From contig NIVC01000910.1 in assembly GCA_002269645.1 (NCBI GenBank), positions 371,498 through 435,497 on the forward strand: a DNA stretch of 64,000 nt. Reading direction: 5' to 3'. The notes below the pieces were generated by a model. It had not been told where the DNA came from and made no database searches. It saw nothing but the letters and a program-made list of their open reading frames with translations. This DNA is from Macrostomum lignano (lineage: Eukaryota). The position numbers and the translations under genes are program-made. Position 1 is the stretch's first letter. The number at the start of each line of letters is the position of its first letter. Positions 1-31,325 of the stretch are shown here, in pieces.

Positions 1-430
1 CTCCTTCTCTCCCCTCTCCTTCTCTCCCCTCTCCTTCTCTCCCCTCTCCTTCTCTCCCCTCTCCTTCTCTCCCCTCTCCTTCTCTCCCCTCTCCTTCTCT
101 CCCCTCTCCTTCTCTCCCCTCTCCTTCTCTCCCCTCTCCTTCTCTCCCCTCTCCTTCTCTCCCCTCTCCTTCTCTCCCCTCTCCTTCTCTCCCCTCTCCT
201 TCTCTCCCCTCTCCTTCTCTCCCCTCTCCTTCTCTCCCCTCTCCTTCTCTCCCCTCTCCTTCTCTCCCCTCTCCTTCTCTCCCCTCTCCTTCTCTCCCCT
301 CTCCTTCTCTCCCCTCTCCTTCTCTCCCCTCTCCTTCTCTCCCCTCTCCTTCTCTCCCCTCTCCTTCTCTCCCCTCTCCTTCTCTCCCCTCTCCTTCTCT
401 CCCCTCTCCTTCTCTCCCCTCTCCTTCTCT
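1..430. repeat. Pyrimidine-only 15-bp tandem repeat (CTCCTTCTCTCCCCT)n, running off the window start
   Basis: About 28 near-perfect copies read directly; degrades into CT-rich sequence at ~430-475. Confidence 0.97.
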
Positions 431-903
431 CTCCTCTCTCCCTCTCCCCTCCCCCTCTCCCTCTCTTTTCCCTCCAGTCCAAAATCGCTGCCTTCCAATT
501 TCTTCTACCCTCATTTACACTCAATTTCACCACTCTCACCTGGCAATTTCTTACCCTCAAGTGCTGCTTCCATCTCCCCTGTAACCCCTGTATGCCAGCA
601 TCTTCAGTTTGCCTTTCTCATTGTCCTCGTTACTCGCTGATTAAACCAACCTTCATTGAGCGTAATCCGGCCACAGATCCCAGAAAAGGTGAATCCCAAT
701 ACTCTCTCTGGGCAATAAAGATTGTACTATTATAAGAATAGGAAAAAGTGCCAGCAGACTTAGTTGGCTTCAGTGCGTTGCCCCGCAGGAGTGAATGGCG
801 CCACGCACTGCCAGCCAACTAAAGAGGCTGCACTCATAAAACATTGCGCGTTCTTTTACTTTTAGCCTACATTAAACCAATTTGCGCAGCTGTGAGTGCA
901 TGT

Positions 904-1250
904 GGGGGGGGGCAGCTCAGCGGTAGAGGCGCCTGACTCTCGGGCCGCAGCCCCTGGTTCGATTCCCTGCGCGGCCAAAATTTATTTGGGGCTTGTGCAA
1001 GAAAAAATGGTCGGTCCAGCCCCCAAGACACAGAGAATGTACACGCCTGACGATTAGAAAGTCAGGACGGCTGTACACCCTGTGTGAGCGTGTGTGTGTG
1101 TGAGTGCGTGCCTGCGTACAGTATCGGTTGTTTTTCACTGGCTGACCGTTGAGACCCTTGAGCCACTGCTGACTAAAAAAGAATGCCACGAAATTTCTTC
1201 TGATGTCCCCCTTCTGATGTTTGCTATTCTATTGATATTTGCTTTTGGTT
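904..1250 (+). mobile_element. Probable tRNA-derived SINE (tRNA-like head 904-976)
   Basis: Pol III A-box-like CAGCTCAGCGGTAGAG and B-box GGTTCGATTCC at tRNA spacing; no acceptor or anticodon stem pairing, so not a tRNA; body has a CCTGAC/GTCAGG hairpin; 3' boundary uncertain. Confidence 0.55.
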
Positions 1251-1281
1251 TTAAAGTTTGAATACAGACACTGATAGATTG

Positions 1282-2176
1282 AGTGACTAAGTGACTGAGT
1301 AAGTGTGTGACCGAGTGACCGAGTGACCGAGTGACTGAGTGACCGACTGACTGAGTGATCGACTGACTGAGTGACTGAGTGACTGAGTGACCGACTGACT
1401 GAGTGATCGACTGACTGAGTGACTGAGTGACTAAGTGACTGAGTGACCGACTGACTGAGTGACCGACTGACTGAGTGACTGACTGACTAAGTGATCGACT
1501 GACTGAGTGACTGAGTGACCGACTGACTGAGTGACTGAGTGACTGAGTGACTGAGTGACTGAGTGACTGAGTGACCGACTGACTGAGTGATCGACTGACT
1601 GAGTGACTGAGTGACTAAGTGACTGAGTGACCGACTGACTGAGTGACCGACTGACTGAGTGACTGACTGACTAAGTGATCGACTGACTGAGTGACTGAGT
1701 GACCGACTGACTGAGTGACTGAGTGACTGAGTGACTGAGTGACTGAGTGACCGAGTGACTGAGTGACTGAGTGACTGAGTGACTGAGTGACTGAGTAACT
1801 GAGTGACTGAGTGACTGAGTGACCGACTGACTGAGTGACTGAGTGACTGAGTGACCGACTGACTGAGTGACTGACTGACTGAGTGATCGACTGACTGAGT
1901 GACTGAGTGACCGACTGACTGAGCGACTGAGTGACTGAGTGACTGAGTGACCGAGTGACTGAGTGACTGAGTGACTGAGTGACTGAGTGACTGAGTAACT
2001 GAGTGACTGAGTGACTGAGTGACCGACTGACTGAGTGACTGAGTGACTGAGTGACCGACTGACTGAGTGACTGACTGACTGAGTGACTGAGTGATCGAGT
2101 GACTGAGTGACTGAGTGACTGAGTGACTGAGTGACTGAGTGACTGAGTGAGTGACTGACTGACTGACTGAGTGACT
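1282..2176. repeat. Compound GACT/GAGT microsatellite (GACTGAGT-based)
   Basis: Continuous mixture of gact, gagt, gacc and gatc tetramers with recurring longer blocks. Confidence 0.95.
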
Positions 2177-2820
2177 GTATGATTGAGTGGATAAATATTT
2201 AACAGAAATTCTTCAAGTCAAGTATCGAAAAAACTGGGTGAGACAGAGGAATCCTCAGTCCATCTCTAATGGGAATCGAGGAGATTTATCCCAGATTTCC
2301 CCTGCAGCTAATAGTTCTCATGCACCTAATAAGCTGCCATAGCAAGGCTGCTTGAGTGACTCACTCAGGTAGTGCAGCAAAGCCTCCTGATATTCTGAGA
2401 CAGATGGATCAGCAGCAGACTAACAGTAGGAATACCAAGCCATTTTTCCGCCCGTCGAACTACCAAGGGGGGGGGAAAATTTCCCCCCCCCCTGACAATT
2501 TTTTTTGCTGCGCCGGAACGGAGCAACGCAGACACACAAAATTCAAGAACACGGGCTAACTTTTTGTTGCGCACCTTCTCAAACAAGAATCAAGTCGCCA
2601 GCCCTCCGGACCGTCGAGATATTCGACGATTCTGCCAGAAGGTCGGATTTTTCCCATAAGCGCTAGTGTATTCAGTACACCCCTGTGCGCCAATCAGCAC
2701 TGCGCCTCAGTGCAGCCTTGCCAAGTCTCCAAATTTCATCAGCACGTCGACCACATGTGTCTGCATCAGCTCTGACTTCGTTGGTCACTAGCCTTCACCC
2801 AGGCGGAGCTTCTGGACCTT

Positions 2821-4195
2821 CAACAGGTGGCACCAAGTGACTATGGACACTCTGATACGAATTTCTCGAGTTTCGCTGATCAAGCCTCGACAGTGGGCAT
2901 ACCTCAACTGCTAGGTATCCTCAGCTAGTCTCTCGAGCCTTCCATCATCACCCCGACGCCGTCGGCACCTTCAACGGATTACACCAGGTGACTATGAACA
3001 CCCTGATGCAAATTTCTCTAGTTTCGCTGATCAAGCCTTGCCAATGGGCAAGCCTCAACCGCGAAACATCTTCAGCTAGTCTCTCAAGCATTCAGTCATC
3101 ACCCCGACGCCGTCGGCACCTTCAACAGATGACACCAGGCGACTATGAACTTTGATGCGAATTTCTCTAGTTTCGCTGATCAAGCCTCGACAGTGAGCAA
3201 GCCTCAACTTCTGGACACCCTCAGCTAGTCTCTCAAGCATTCCGTCATCATCCCGACGCCGTCGGCACCTTCAACAGGTGGCACCAGGTGACTATGAACA
3301 CCTTGATGCGAACTTCTCGAGTTTCACCGATCAAGCCTCGACAGTAGGCAAGCCTCAACTGCCGGACACCCTCAGCTAGTCTCTCAAGCATTCCGTCATC
3401 ATCCCGACGCCGTCGGCACCTTCAACAGGTGGCACCAGGTGACTATGAACACCTTGATGCGAACTTCTCGAGTTTCACCGATCAAGCCTCGACAGTAGGC
3501 AAGCCTCAACTGCCGGATACCCTCAGCTAGTCTCTCAAGCATTCAGTCATCACTCGGACGCCGTCGGCACCTTCAACAGATGACACCAGGTGACTATGAA
3601 CACCTTGATGCGAACTTCTCGAGTTTCACCGATCAAGCCTCGACAGTAGGCAAGCCTCAACTGCCGGATACCCTCAGCTAGTCTCTCAAGCATTCCGTCA
3701 TCATCCCGACGCCGTCGGCACCTTCAACAGGTGGCACCAGGTGACTATGAACACCTTGATGCGAACTTCTCGAGTTTCACCGATCGAGCCTCGACAGTAG
3801 GCAAGCTTCAACTGCCGGACACCCTCAGCTAGTCTCTCAAGCATTCCGTCATCATCCCGACGCCGTCGGCACCTTCAACGGATTACACCAGGTGACTATG
3901 AACACCCTGATGCAAATTTCTCTAGTTTCGCTGATCAAGCCTTGCCAATGGGCAAGCCTCAACCGCGAAACATCTTCAGCTAGTCTCTCAAGCATTCAGT
4001 CATCACCCCGACGCCGTCGGCACCTTCAACAGGTGGCACCAGGTGACTATGAACACCTTGATGCGAACTTCTCGAGTTTCACCGATCAAGCCTCGACAGT
4101 AGGCAAGCCTCAACTGCCGGACATCCTCAGCTAGTCAGTCAAGCATTCCGTCATCACCCCGACGCCGTCGGCACCTTCAACAGGTGGCACCAGGG
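2821..4195 (+). repeat. 151-bp tandem repeat array, left arm (9 full units)
   Basis: Unit anchor CAAC at 2821, 2972, 3123, 3272, 3423, 3574, 3725, 3876, 4027, 4178; units carry the palindrome CCGACG-C-CGTCGG. Confidence 0.95.
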
Positions 4196-4519
4196 GAGTA
4201 ATGACACGTGAGCGTGATTTTTCATCATGCTCTTAACATTTCTGAATCATTAAAAAATGAAAAAACCGACTGAATTTACTGGCTTTTTAAAAGCATAACC
4301 CTTTCTGCATTGGGTTCAATATTATAGCTGAATAAACTAAACAGCTTTTCGAATAAAATATGTATGTAGCTCGTATGCATAAAAGTATGTGTAATAATAA
4401 TATAAATATACAGCAACATGAGTTCAAGCTGAACTATAGCAATGTCCGTGCTTGAAAAATTTTGAGAGCTTCAGAAATGTTAAGAGCATGATGAAAAATC
4501 ACGCTCAGGTGTCCTTACT

Positions 4520-5943
4520 CCCCTGGTGTCATCTGTTGAAAGAGCCGACGGCGTCCGGATGATGACGGAATGCTTGAGAGACTAGCTGAGGATGTCCAGC
4601 AGTTGAGGCTTGCCCACTGTCGAGGCTTGATCGGTGAAACTCGATGACGTGACGCGAAAGTCAGGAATCGAATGTTGTTTGAACGAGTATAAATTCTTGC
4701 GATATATTTGCAGTAGTAGAATAGTCTAAGTTGCTTGACGAGACACAGATCGAGAGCAATGGTTTAAATATTGCGACTATTGAAAATATTGAAGTGGAGT
4801 ATTGAACTATATTGATGCACTGCATGATTGAGCATGTGGAGGGACTTAAGGGGCGAGGCAAGGCTAGAGCAACGATGTACACTGAATTGCACTGAATTGC
4901 AAAGTGACTGAGTTAGCAGAATAAAGTTAAGCAAAAAACCGCACACAGTTACCCATGCTAGCAAACCAATGAACCGTCACTTCACTCGAGAAGTTCGCAT
5001 CAAGGTGTTCATAGTCACCTGGTGCCACCTGTTGAAGGTGCCGACGGCGTCGGGATGATGACGGAATGCTTGAGAGACTAGCTGAGGGTATCCGGCAGTT
5101 GAGGCTTGCCTACTGTCGAGGCTTGATCGGTGAAACTCGAGAAGTTCGCATCAAGGTGTTCATAGTCACCTGGTGTCATCTGTTGAAGGTGCCGACGGCG
5201 TCCGAGTGATGACTGAATGCTTGAGAGACTAGCTGAGGGTATCCGGCAGTTGAGGCTTGCCTACTGTCGAGGCTTGATCGGTGAAACTCGAGAAGTTCGC
5301 ATCAAGGTGTTCATAGTCACCTGGTGCCACCTGTTGAAGGTGCCGACGGCGTCGGGATGATGACGGAATGCTTGAGAGACTAGCTGAGGGTGTCCGGCAG
5401 TTGAGGCTTGCCTACTGTCGAGGCTTGATCGGTGAAACTCGAGAAGTTCGCATCAAGGTGTTCATAGTCACCTGGTGCCACCTGTTGAAGGTGCCGACGG
5501 CGTCGGGATGATGACGGAATGCTTGAGAGACTAGCTGAGGGTGTCCAGAAGTTGAGGCTTGCTCACTGTCGAGGCTTGATCAGCGAAACTAGAGAAATTC
5601 GCATCAAAGTTCATAGTCGCCTGGTGTCATCTGTTGAAGGTGCCGACGGCGTCGGGGTGATGACTGAATGCTTGAGAGACTAGCTGAAGATGTTTCGCGG
5701 TTGAGGCTTGCCCATTGGCAAGGCTTGATCAGCGAAACTAGAGAAATTTGCATCAGGGTGTTCATAGTCACCTGGTGTAATCCGTTGAAGGTGCCGACGG
5801 CGTCGGGGTGATGATGGAAGGCTCGAGAGACTAGCTGAGGATACCTAGCAGTTGAGGTATGCCCACTGTCGAGGCTTGATCAGCGAAACTCGAGAAATTC
5901 GTATCAGAGTGTCCATAGTCACTTGGTGCCACCTGTTGAAGGT
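4520..5943 (-). repeat. 151-bp tandem repeat array, right arm (~7 units, inverted, interrupted by insertion at 4645-4984)
   Basis: Reverse complement of left-arm units with the same order of variants counted from the outer end. Confidence 0.93.
4645..4984. mobile_element. 340-bp solo-LTR-like insertion with 5-bp target-site duplication
   Basis: Begins TGACGTGACG, ends CGTCACTTCA (imperfect TG...CA inverted ends); CTCGA duplicated at 4640-4644 and 4985-4989 within the otherwise intact unit sequence GAAACTCGAGAAG; AATAAA near 4920. Confidence 0.8.
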
Positions 5944-7865
5944 CCAGAAGCTCCGCCTGGGTGAAGGCTAGTGACCAACGAAGTCAGAGCTGATGCAGAC
6001 ACATGTGGTCGACGTGCTGATGAAATTTGGAGACTTGGCAAGGCTGCACTGAGGCGCAGTGCTGATTGGCGCACAGGGGTGTACTGAATACACTAGCGCT
6101 TATGGGAAAAATCCGACCTTCTGGCAGAATCGTCGAATATCTCGACGGTCCGGAGGGCTGGCGACTTGATTCTTGTTTGAGAAGGTGCGCAACAAAAAGT
6201 TAGCCCGTGTTCTTGAATTTTGTGTGTCTGCGTTGCTCCGTTCCGGCGCAGCAAAAAAAATTGTCAGGGGGGGGGAAATTTTTCCCCCCCCCCTTGGTAG
6301 TTCTACTGCTAATCAGCATGCCCGAAATGCGGAGGTGTGATGATATCCTTTCGCTTACTACCTTTATCCTTGTAGAATGTGAAATTGCCTCGAGGATAGA
6401 GCTGGAAGGTGGGAGAGGAAAGCCATAAGGGAAGAGAAAGGAGTAAAGAAGTAAGCGACCTCTGAAGTGCGACGCCAGCTGCAGCGCACCTGTCGCTTAT
6501 CCCAGTGCCGCAACGGGATCTCTTTCACTCTCTCACTGCTTCCCATGCTCCCAGCCTCCTCCCCTTACTTACTACTCTAATTCCTCTTTCCCCTATTCTT
6601 TTAGCCGCGAAGGTGAATTGTCACCTGTGTGGGGCCGGCAACCCGCAGCCACCGGCTGGCTACAAATTGCAACTCCATCTCGTCCTGCACGTAGGCTGGA
6701 CTAAATGGAGACGGTTACATTATTCTCTCAAAAAGCTCAAGATGTAGAAAGCAAAGCCGGACACTTATTCTGCATTAAATTGGTTGCTAGGTGCTATGGC
6801 TGAGAGAAAGCTGCATAAAGTAAAATGTTATACCTAATAATTCGAATAGCATGCCGTGCCTTGGGGGAGCTGGTCTCTGGGTAATCGATGCGAGACGGCG
6901 TGCCGCTCCACCTCCCTCCCGCTTCCTCGAGCAGCGACTTCTGTGAATTATAGATTTGCCTGTGTATAAGCCGCAGGTCCGGGGACCTCGGGGAGGAAGC
7001 TGATCTCTCCTCTCACCCGCTTCCCCTTCCCATTGGACCTTTAAGCCTCTTCTCTCGTAGCGAAATCCGCTTTCATTGTGACTCAGTGGGGGAATGGAAT
7101 ACGAGAGGATCAGCGATAAGCCTGCCGGTGCTGCGTGGGTTAGTAAGGAGTCGGGTTGCGCTGGTCGTTAAGCATTCGACAACCGAAAATTGGGATTAAG
7201 AATGATGAATTTATGATGGGAGCAATCAATTCAGTTTTGTGTGTCTGGGTAGAACTAGATTTTATTTTGCTTTTTTAAAGAAGCATTTTTTCGTGAATTG
7301 ATAAAACTACCTGCCAGTAATTTGGTATTAATTAAATTGCTTTCCCCTAGATGTGTTTTTCTATTGAACAAGAACTTTGGTCACACTTGCTCATACTCTA
7401 ATACCTTGTTTAATCCCCTGTTGGAACAGATTTGTTTGGTAAGAAGACCAGCAACAACCAGTGTTTTCGTGAAAACTCGTTTCCGTTGCTTTTGCTCGAT
7501 CAGCAATGATCCTAACGAGTAATCCCGTAACGAATAGCTAGCTCAGCTTGTTATAAGCTCGTCTTTAACCCCCCCCCATCATATTGGTGAACGGCGTGCT
7601 TCCACAGCGCAGTAGACTGAGCTCATTTTGCCTAGATGCATACTATATCTACTCGTATGTCAAGTAAAACCCCACAGCAATCGAGATTCCACCGTCACTA
7701 TTGGCATTAAACCGATAGAAGTTGAGTGTCCCCTTCCTTTGTTGTGATATAAAAACCCCAGATAGAAAAAAATGGTTGTTTATCTAAAAGTTAATACACG
7801 TTGATACAGTTTGTCTCAATGCGACGGGTGATTAAGTGAAAGTTTAACTCAATGCTGATTTTTGA

Positions 7866-8215
7866 CAGCTAATCAGCGGTGATTCAGGGGTAGGGTTGGA
7901 GAGATGGGTTGGGGCAGAACGAGACGGCGTGTGCTAGGAAGAATAGTCAGTGAAATTAATGAGCTTTATAGCCAGCCAATCAGCGGTGATTGAGGGGCAG
8001 GGTAGGAGAGATGGGTGGGACAGAACGAGAGAGGCGTGGGTTAGGAAGAATTGTCAGTGAAATTAATGAGCTTTATAGCCAGCCAATAAGCGGTGATTGA
8101 GGAGCAGGGTTGGGGAGATGGGGTGGGGCAGAACCAGACGGTTAGGAAGGAAATTGAGTAAAATGATTTGAATGAGCCCTCAAGCCAGCCAATTAGCGGC
8201 GATTAAGGGGCAGGA
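7866..8215 (+). repeat. Degenerate ~106-bp tandem repeat (3-4 units) with a GCCAGCCAAT core
   Basis: GCCAGCCAAT at 7971, 8078, 8184; shared GGGCAGAAC and GTCAGTGAAATTAATGAGC blocks. Confidence 0.8.
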
Positions 8216-9074
8216 AAAATGGTTCCCTAGTCCACACATGTAAATATTTGTCAACCAACTAAACCAGAATAAATGTTGACACGGAATGCGGTTTGATTCC
8301 AGTCGTTTTTTATCATATTCAATAATTCTTTCAATCAGTTGTTGACTGAATCGAATAAATCGTTTTTTATTCTTGAAACAAACTTTATCGGTTGTTGCTG
8401 CATAGCTTTGAAGCTAGAAAAGACTAAGATAATAGTTTTCAGAAAACGCTGGATACGAAGTCATGTGATTTTTTTCTGCTTTCGTCAAAGGCCAAACAAA
8501 ACGGCACATTCGAACCAAAATAGGAATCAGAAAGAAGTTTTCTGCTTTTCTGCATAGCCGCAGCTAGTGGACTTTTGAATATTTATAATGGGTTCGCTAT
8601 CCTGCCCCGTGGGTTTAGCCGACAGGACACGGGTAGGAAACACCTGCAGCAAACAATATTGCTGCCTGGAAGATTATGCCGTGGTTGGGACGCGGTCGTT
8701 GCTTAGGACGATAACTAATATATTCCCATAACTCCGTTTGCTTACGTGCATATTTCTGATGGTTAAACGTGCACAGGACACGAGTTTTTCGAACTTGGCG
8801 CACAGTTTTTTCCTGTTGTTCATGTTCTATGTGCGTCTCAACAAGTAGTCAGTCAGTATTTTATCCCCGCTTATTTTTACAATGCGATTTACTGTGTACT
8901 GTACTGTATTTGTTCACACACCGTTTGTAAAATAGCTCGCATACAGATACAGTACGCAACTACTGTTTGCGTATTAGTATTAGTAGGGAATTTCCTAAAT
9001 TGTCAAACAGGTGGAGAAATGAATTATAAGGCATTTAGAAGCTAGACTGAGGAGGATAAAGTACTGACGGCTGA

Positions 9075-9540
9075 ATGCGGGTGTGGAGTGAGAGAGAGGG
9101 GTTGGGGCAGGAAACTTGCACCAGCCAATCAAGATGGTCGGTGAAGGACAGGGAGTGATGGGCTAAAATGGGGGTTGAATGGGTGTGGAGTGAGAGAGGG
9201 GTTGGGGCAGGAAACTTGCGCCAGCCAATCAAGATGGTCGGTGAAGGACAGGGAGTGAGGTGGCTAAAATGGGGGTTGAATGGGTGTGGAGTGAGAGAGG
9301 GGTTGGGGGCAGAAAACTTGCGCCAGCCAATCAAGATGGTCGGTGAAGGACAGGGAGTGAGGTGGCTAAAATGGGGGTTGAATGGGTGTGGAGTGAGAGA
9401 GGGGTTGGGGGCAGAAAACTTGCGCCAGCCAATCAAGATGGTCGGTGAAGGACAGGGAGTGAGGTGGCTAAAATGGGGAACGGGGGGTGAATGGGTGTGG
9501 AGTGAGAGAGAGAGCTTGGGGAAGGAAACTTGCGCCAGAC
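9075..9540 (+). repeat. ~101-bp tandem repeat (4+ units) with a CCAGCCAATC core
   Basis: CCAGCCAATC at 9121, 9221, 9323, 9425. Confidence 0.93.
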
Positions 9541-9894
9541 AATCGAAACGGATACAATAGGGTTTATAGTGTGTATCAGGGATGTTTTAAAGCCAGATTA
9601 CCAATAAAAACAGCCATTGATAGTTTCCACCAGCCTTACTTGCATTACTTGAAATTCGATATGGAATTTTTTTGTCAATAATCGCATAACTACAAGTCCG
9701 AGTCTGCTCCAATGATAATAGAACTTGAATAATCAAGTAAAGAATCCTAGCCTGCTATGCTTCGTACATAAATCTAACTTATTACTTGGATAATTATTTT
9801 AGATCATTAAACTTTTGCACGAAACTGTTTTTCTAGGGATAATTCATGCATTGCAAGCAAAGTTTAACTCGCCAAAAAATTGACAACTTTCAAG

Positions 9895-29181
<19,287 letters not shown>

Positions 29182-31325
29182 TGACTAACTGGTGACGGTG
29201 TTCTTAGGATTTTCTAACGATTAATTCTATCGTTCACCTTGATGGCGGCAGCTGCTGCTGACGGCCATGGAACGTGTCTGTCTGTCTGTGTTTATTCCCC
29301 AGTATTATCGATTCGAACTCATAATATCGCTTGTTTATAATCCCTGAGCACTCGATTGTCGCAGACTCACCAGATTTTGCTGTTGTAACGGTCTCTCTCA
29401 TCTCCCCCCCTGCAAAAGTCAGTGACAGTCTGACATCCTCTGATAATAAATCAATGATTTGTGCGATCAATATTATCGATTTTTTTACCACTCAGGCCTG
29501 AAGTTTTGATTCTTGGCAAGCCTGGGCCGGGTCTTCTGGGACTGGGAGATGTTCTTAACGATATTTTAGAAATCAAATACGCCCGCGACAGAGCCTTCTG
29601 CTGCTGCTGCGCCTTCCCCTGTTCAATATTCCTTGACGCAATATTTTCAATGCTAATTTTTCTCTCGCCAATTAAACCCGAAAAGTTTTTGCTCTGAGTT
29701 CCTCTGTGCAATTTTGAAGTCCGCAAAGTCTGATTCAACATACCTATCCAAATAAGTTACAAAATAGTTAAATACATAATATAAATAAATGTCTTTGCTA
29801 TTTTCGCAAACTAACTCAAGCGGATATAATCGTCCTCATTTAATAGGGACTCCAATCCCAGCTCGAATTTTCAGACTTGCATACAAGGACTACTTAAGTA
29901 GTTCTTGCTTGCATATACAGGCTGGATCAAGACCGGCAAGGTCGCCGCTAATTTGCGAATGCTGTGCAGCAGATATTATAAAAAACCTCAAACATCAGTT
30001 GTACTCGTATATGGCCTTTCCTGTCGACGTGACACTAGTTAGCGCTCAGAACGATATAGCTTCTAGTCTATAGAGAATGAAACTCGAGTATTAAAAAAAC
30101 TGTTTATTGTGTTGAATTATAAATTTTCCTACCAATTTCAGAAATAAAAGCGACTAAATAACTGGAAAATCGTGGGTTTGTGTTCTAACAAGAGCAACCG
30201 CCAGGCAAGTAAAAAGCCACCAGACATCTATGGAGCAAACGATTCTCTCAAACGGAGCATCCTGGCCATCGTAACAATGCCATCGCGTACAACTGTGTAC
30301 GCAGTAGCCAGGTGACTTACAAAAGAGATAAGTGGATTGAAAAATGCCAGGACAAGTTCAGGGTGAATAGCAACCTATATGTAGTTCACGAGCCCAACTA
30401 CGGCTGTGGTTGTGAGGCATCTGTCAGACGTTTGAGACTTCAAGCTAATTCCCACCACAAGAGCCAAACAGATGCAAGTATACCGCGTGTCCGTGCGACA
30501 AAGGGGCTGGCCGCAGAGCGACTTACAGCAGAGCAAAGTGAACAACATATCACAAGTCGAACTGGTTCTGGTTGAAGTCCAGCTACCCTTGTAGACCCGC
30601 ATTGGGTTCAACTACGTATTTCTCTATCAGAGGGCACAATCTTAAAGAGCCATGACCGATCCTTCTTCATCAACTAAAACTACAAATAGTGTCCAGGTGG
30701 TCGCGGCATCTGGATGATGCTTGCGTGCTGCTGCACAGCAAAGCTCAGGGGCTGTGCAATTACACATGTTTCCAACTAATTACAGTCTTGTTAACAAATA
30801 AACAATTTATACGAACGAAAAATACAAATTCTCTATAAAAAAATCTGCAGGAAATCATTGGATTCTGTGGCATAAACAATTCAGAAAATTTAGCAGCAAT
30901 AATTTATTTATTAACGAGTAATCAACTGCATGTATTGCAAACATACACAGGTAAACGATTGTTCTTGGAGCTATAAATCAACAAAATGAGTTTGCAAGCC
31001 AGTTCAAAGCAGATTTATGAAATTGCCTACATGCCAATAGGAAAATTATTAAATTGGCGAAAAAAACACGTATTGATCATTCAATAGCATTTCATTAAAC
31101 TAAATTTCCAGTGAATACAGCAATAAATTATTCGATCAATCGTAGGTGAATTCGTACATTCACGTGAGTAATGTACGCTTTATAAAATAATTATCAAATG
31201 GAGCGAACCCCATTAATAATAGTTCTAATTGTTAACCTTCAATATGAAATGAACTAGAATACAAACTCTGAATACCGGATCAGCAGAGTAAATATAACTA
31301 ATAGCAATTGCTCCGCAGCGGCCTA

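Larger units (their letters stand above)
2457..6303. mobile_element. Foldback-type non-autonomous element: long inverted arms (left 2457-~4255, right ~4470-6303) around a ~210-bp AT-rich spacer
   Basis: GAACTACCAAGGGG... at 2457 is the reverse complement of ...CCCCTTGGTAGTTC ending at 6303; ~360-bp unique outer segment, then 151-bp tandem repeats, then a ~65-bp inner inverted segment (CCAGGGGAGTA...CATTTCTGAA / TTCAGAAATG...TACTCCCCTGG); no ORF; no TSD identified. Confidence 0.85.

Noticed and set aside
904-976. Functional tRNA gene
   Set aside because: A and B boxes are present but the acceptor and anticodon stems do not pair.
2457-6303. Palindrome as a pure sequencing fold-back artefact
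   Set aside because: The arms differ in unit number and inner-unit sequence, and one arm has a TSD-flanked insertion; not fully excluded without reads.
6400-7100. Possible non-LTR retrotransposon C-terminal fragment (CHLCG on +; RLIHRQIYN... on -)
   Set aside because: No RT or endonuclease motifs, conflicting strands and only weak resemblance.
29230-30610. Possible small minus-strand exons (GTGAGT/GTAAGT donors at ~29370 and ~30320)
   Set aside because: I could not assemble a phase-consistent, recognisable protein.
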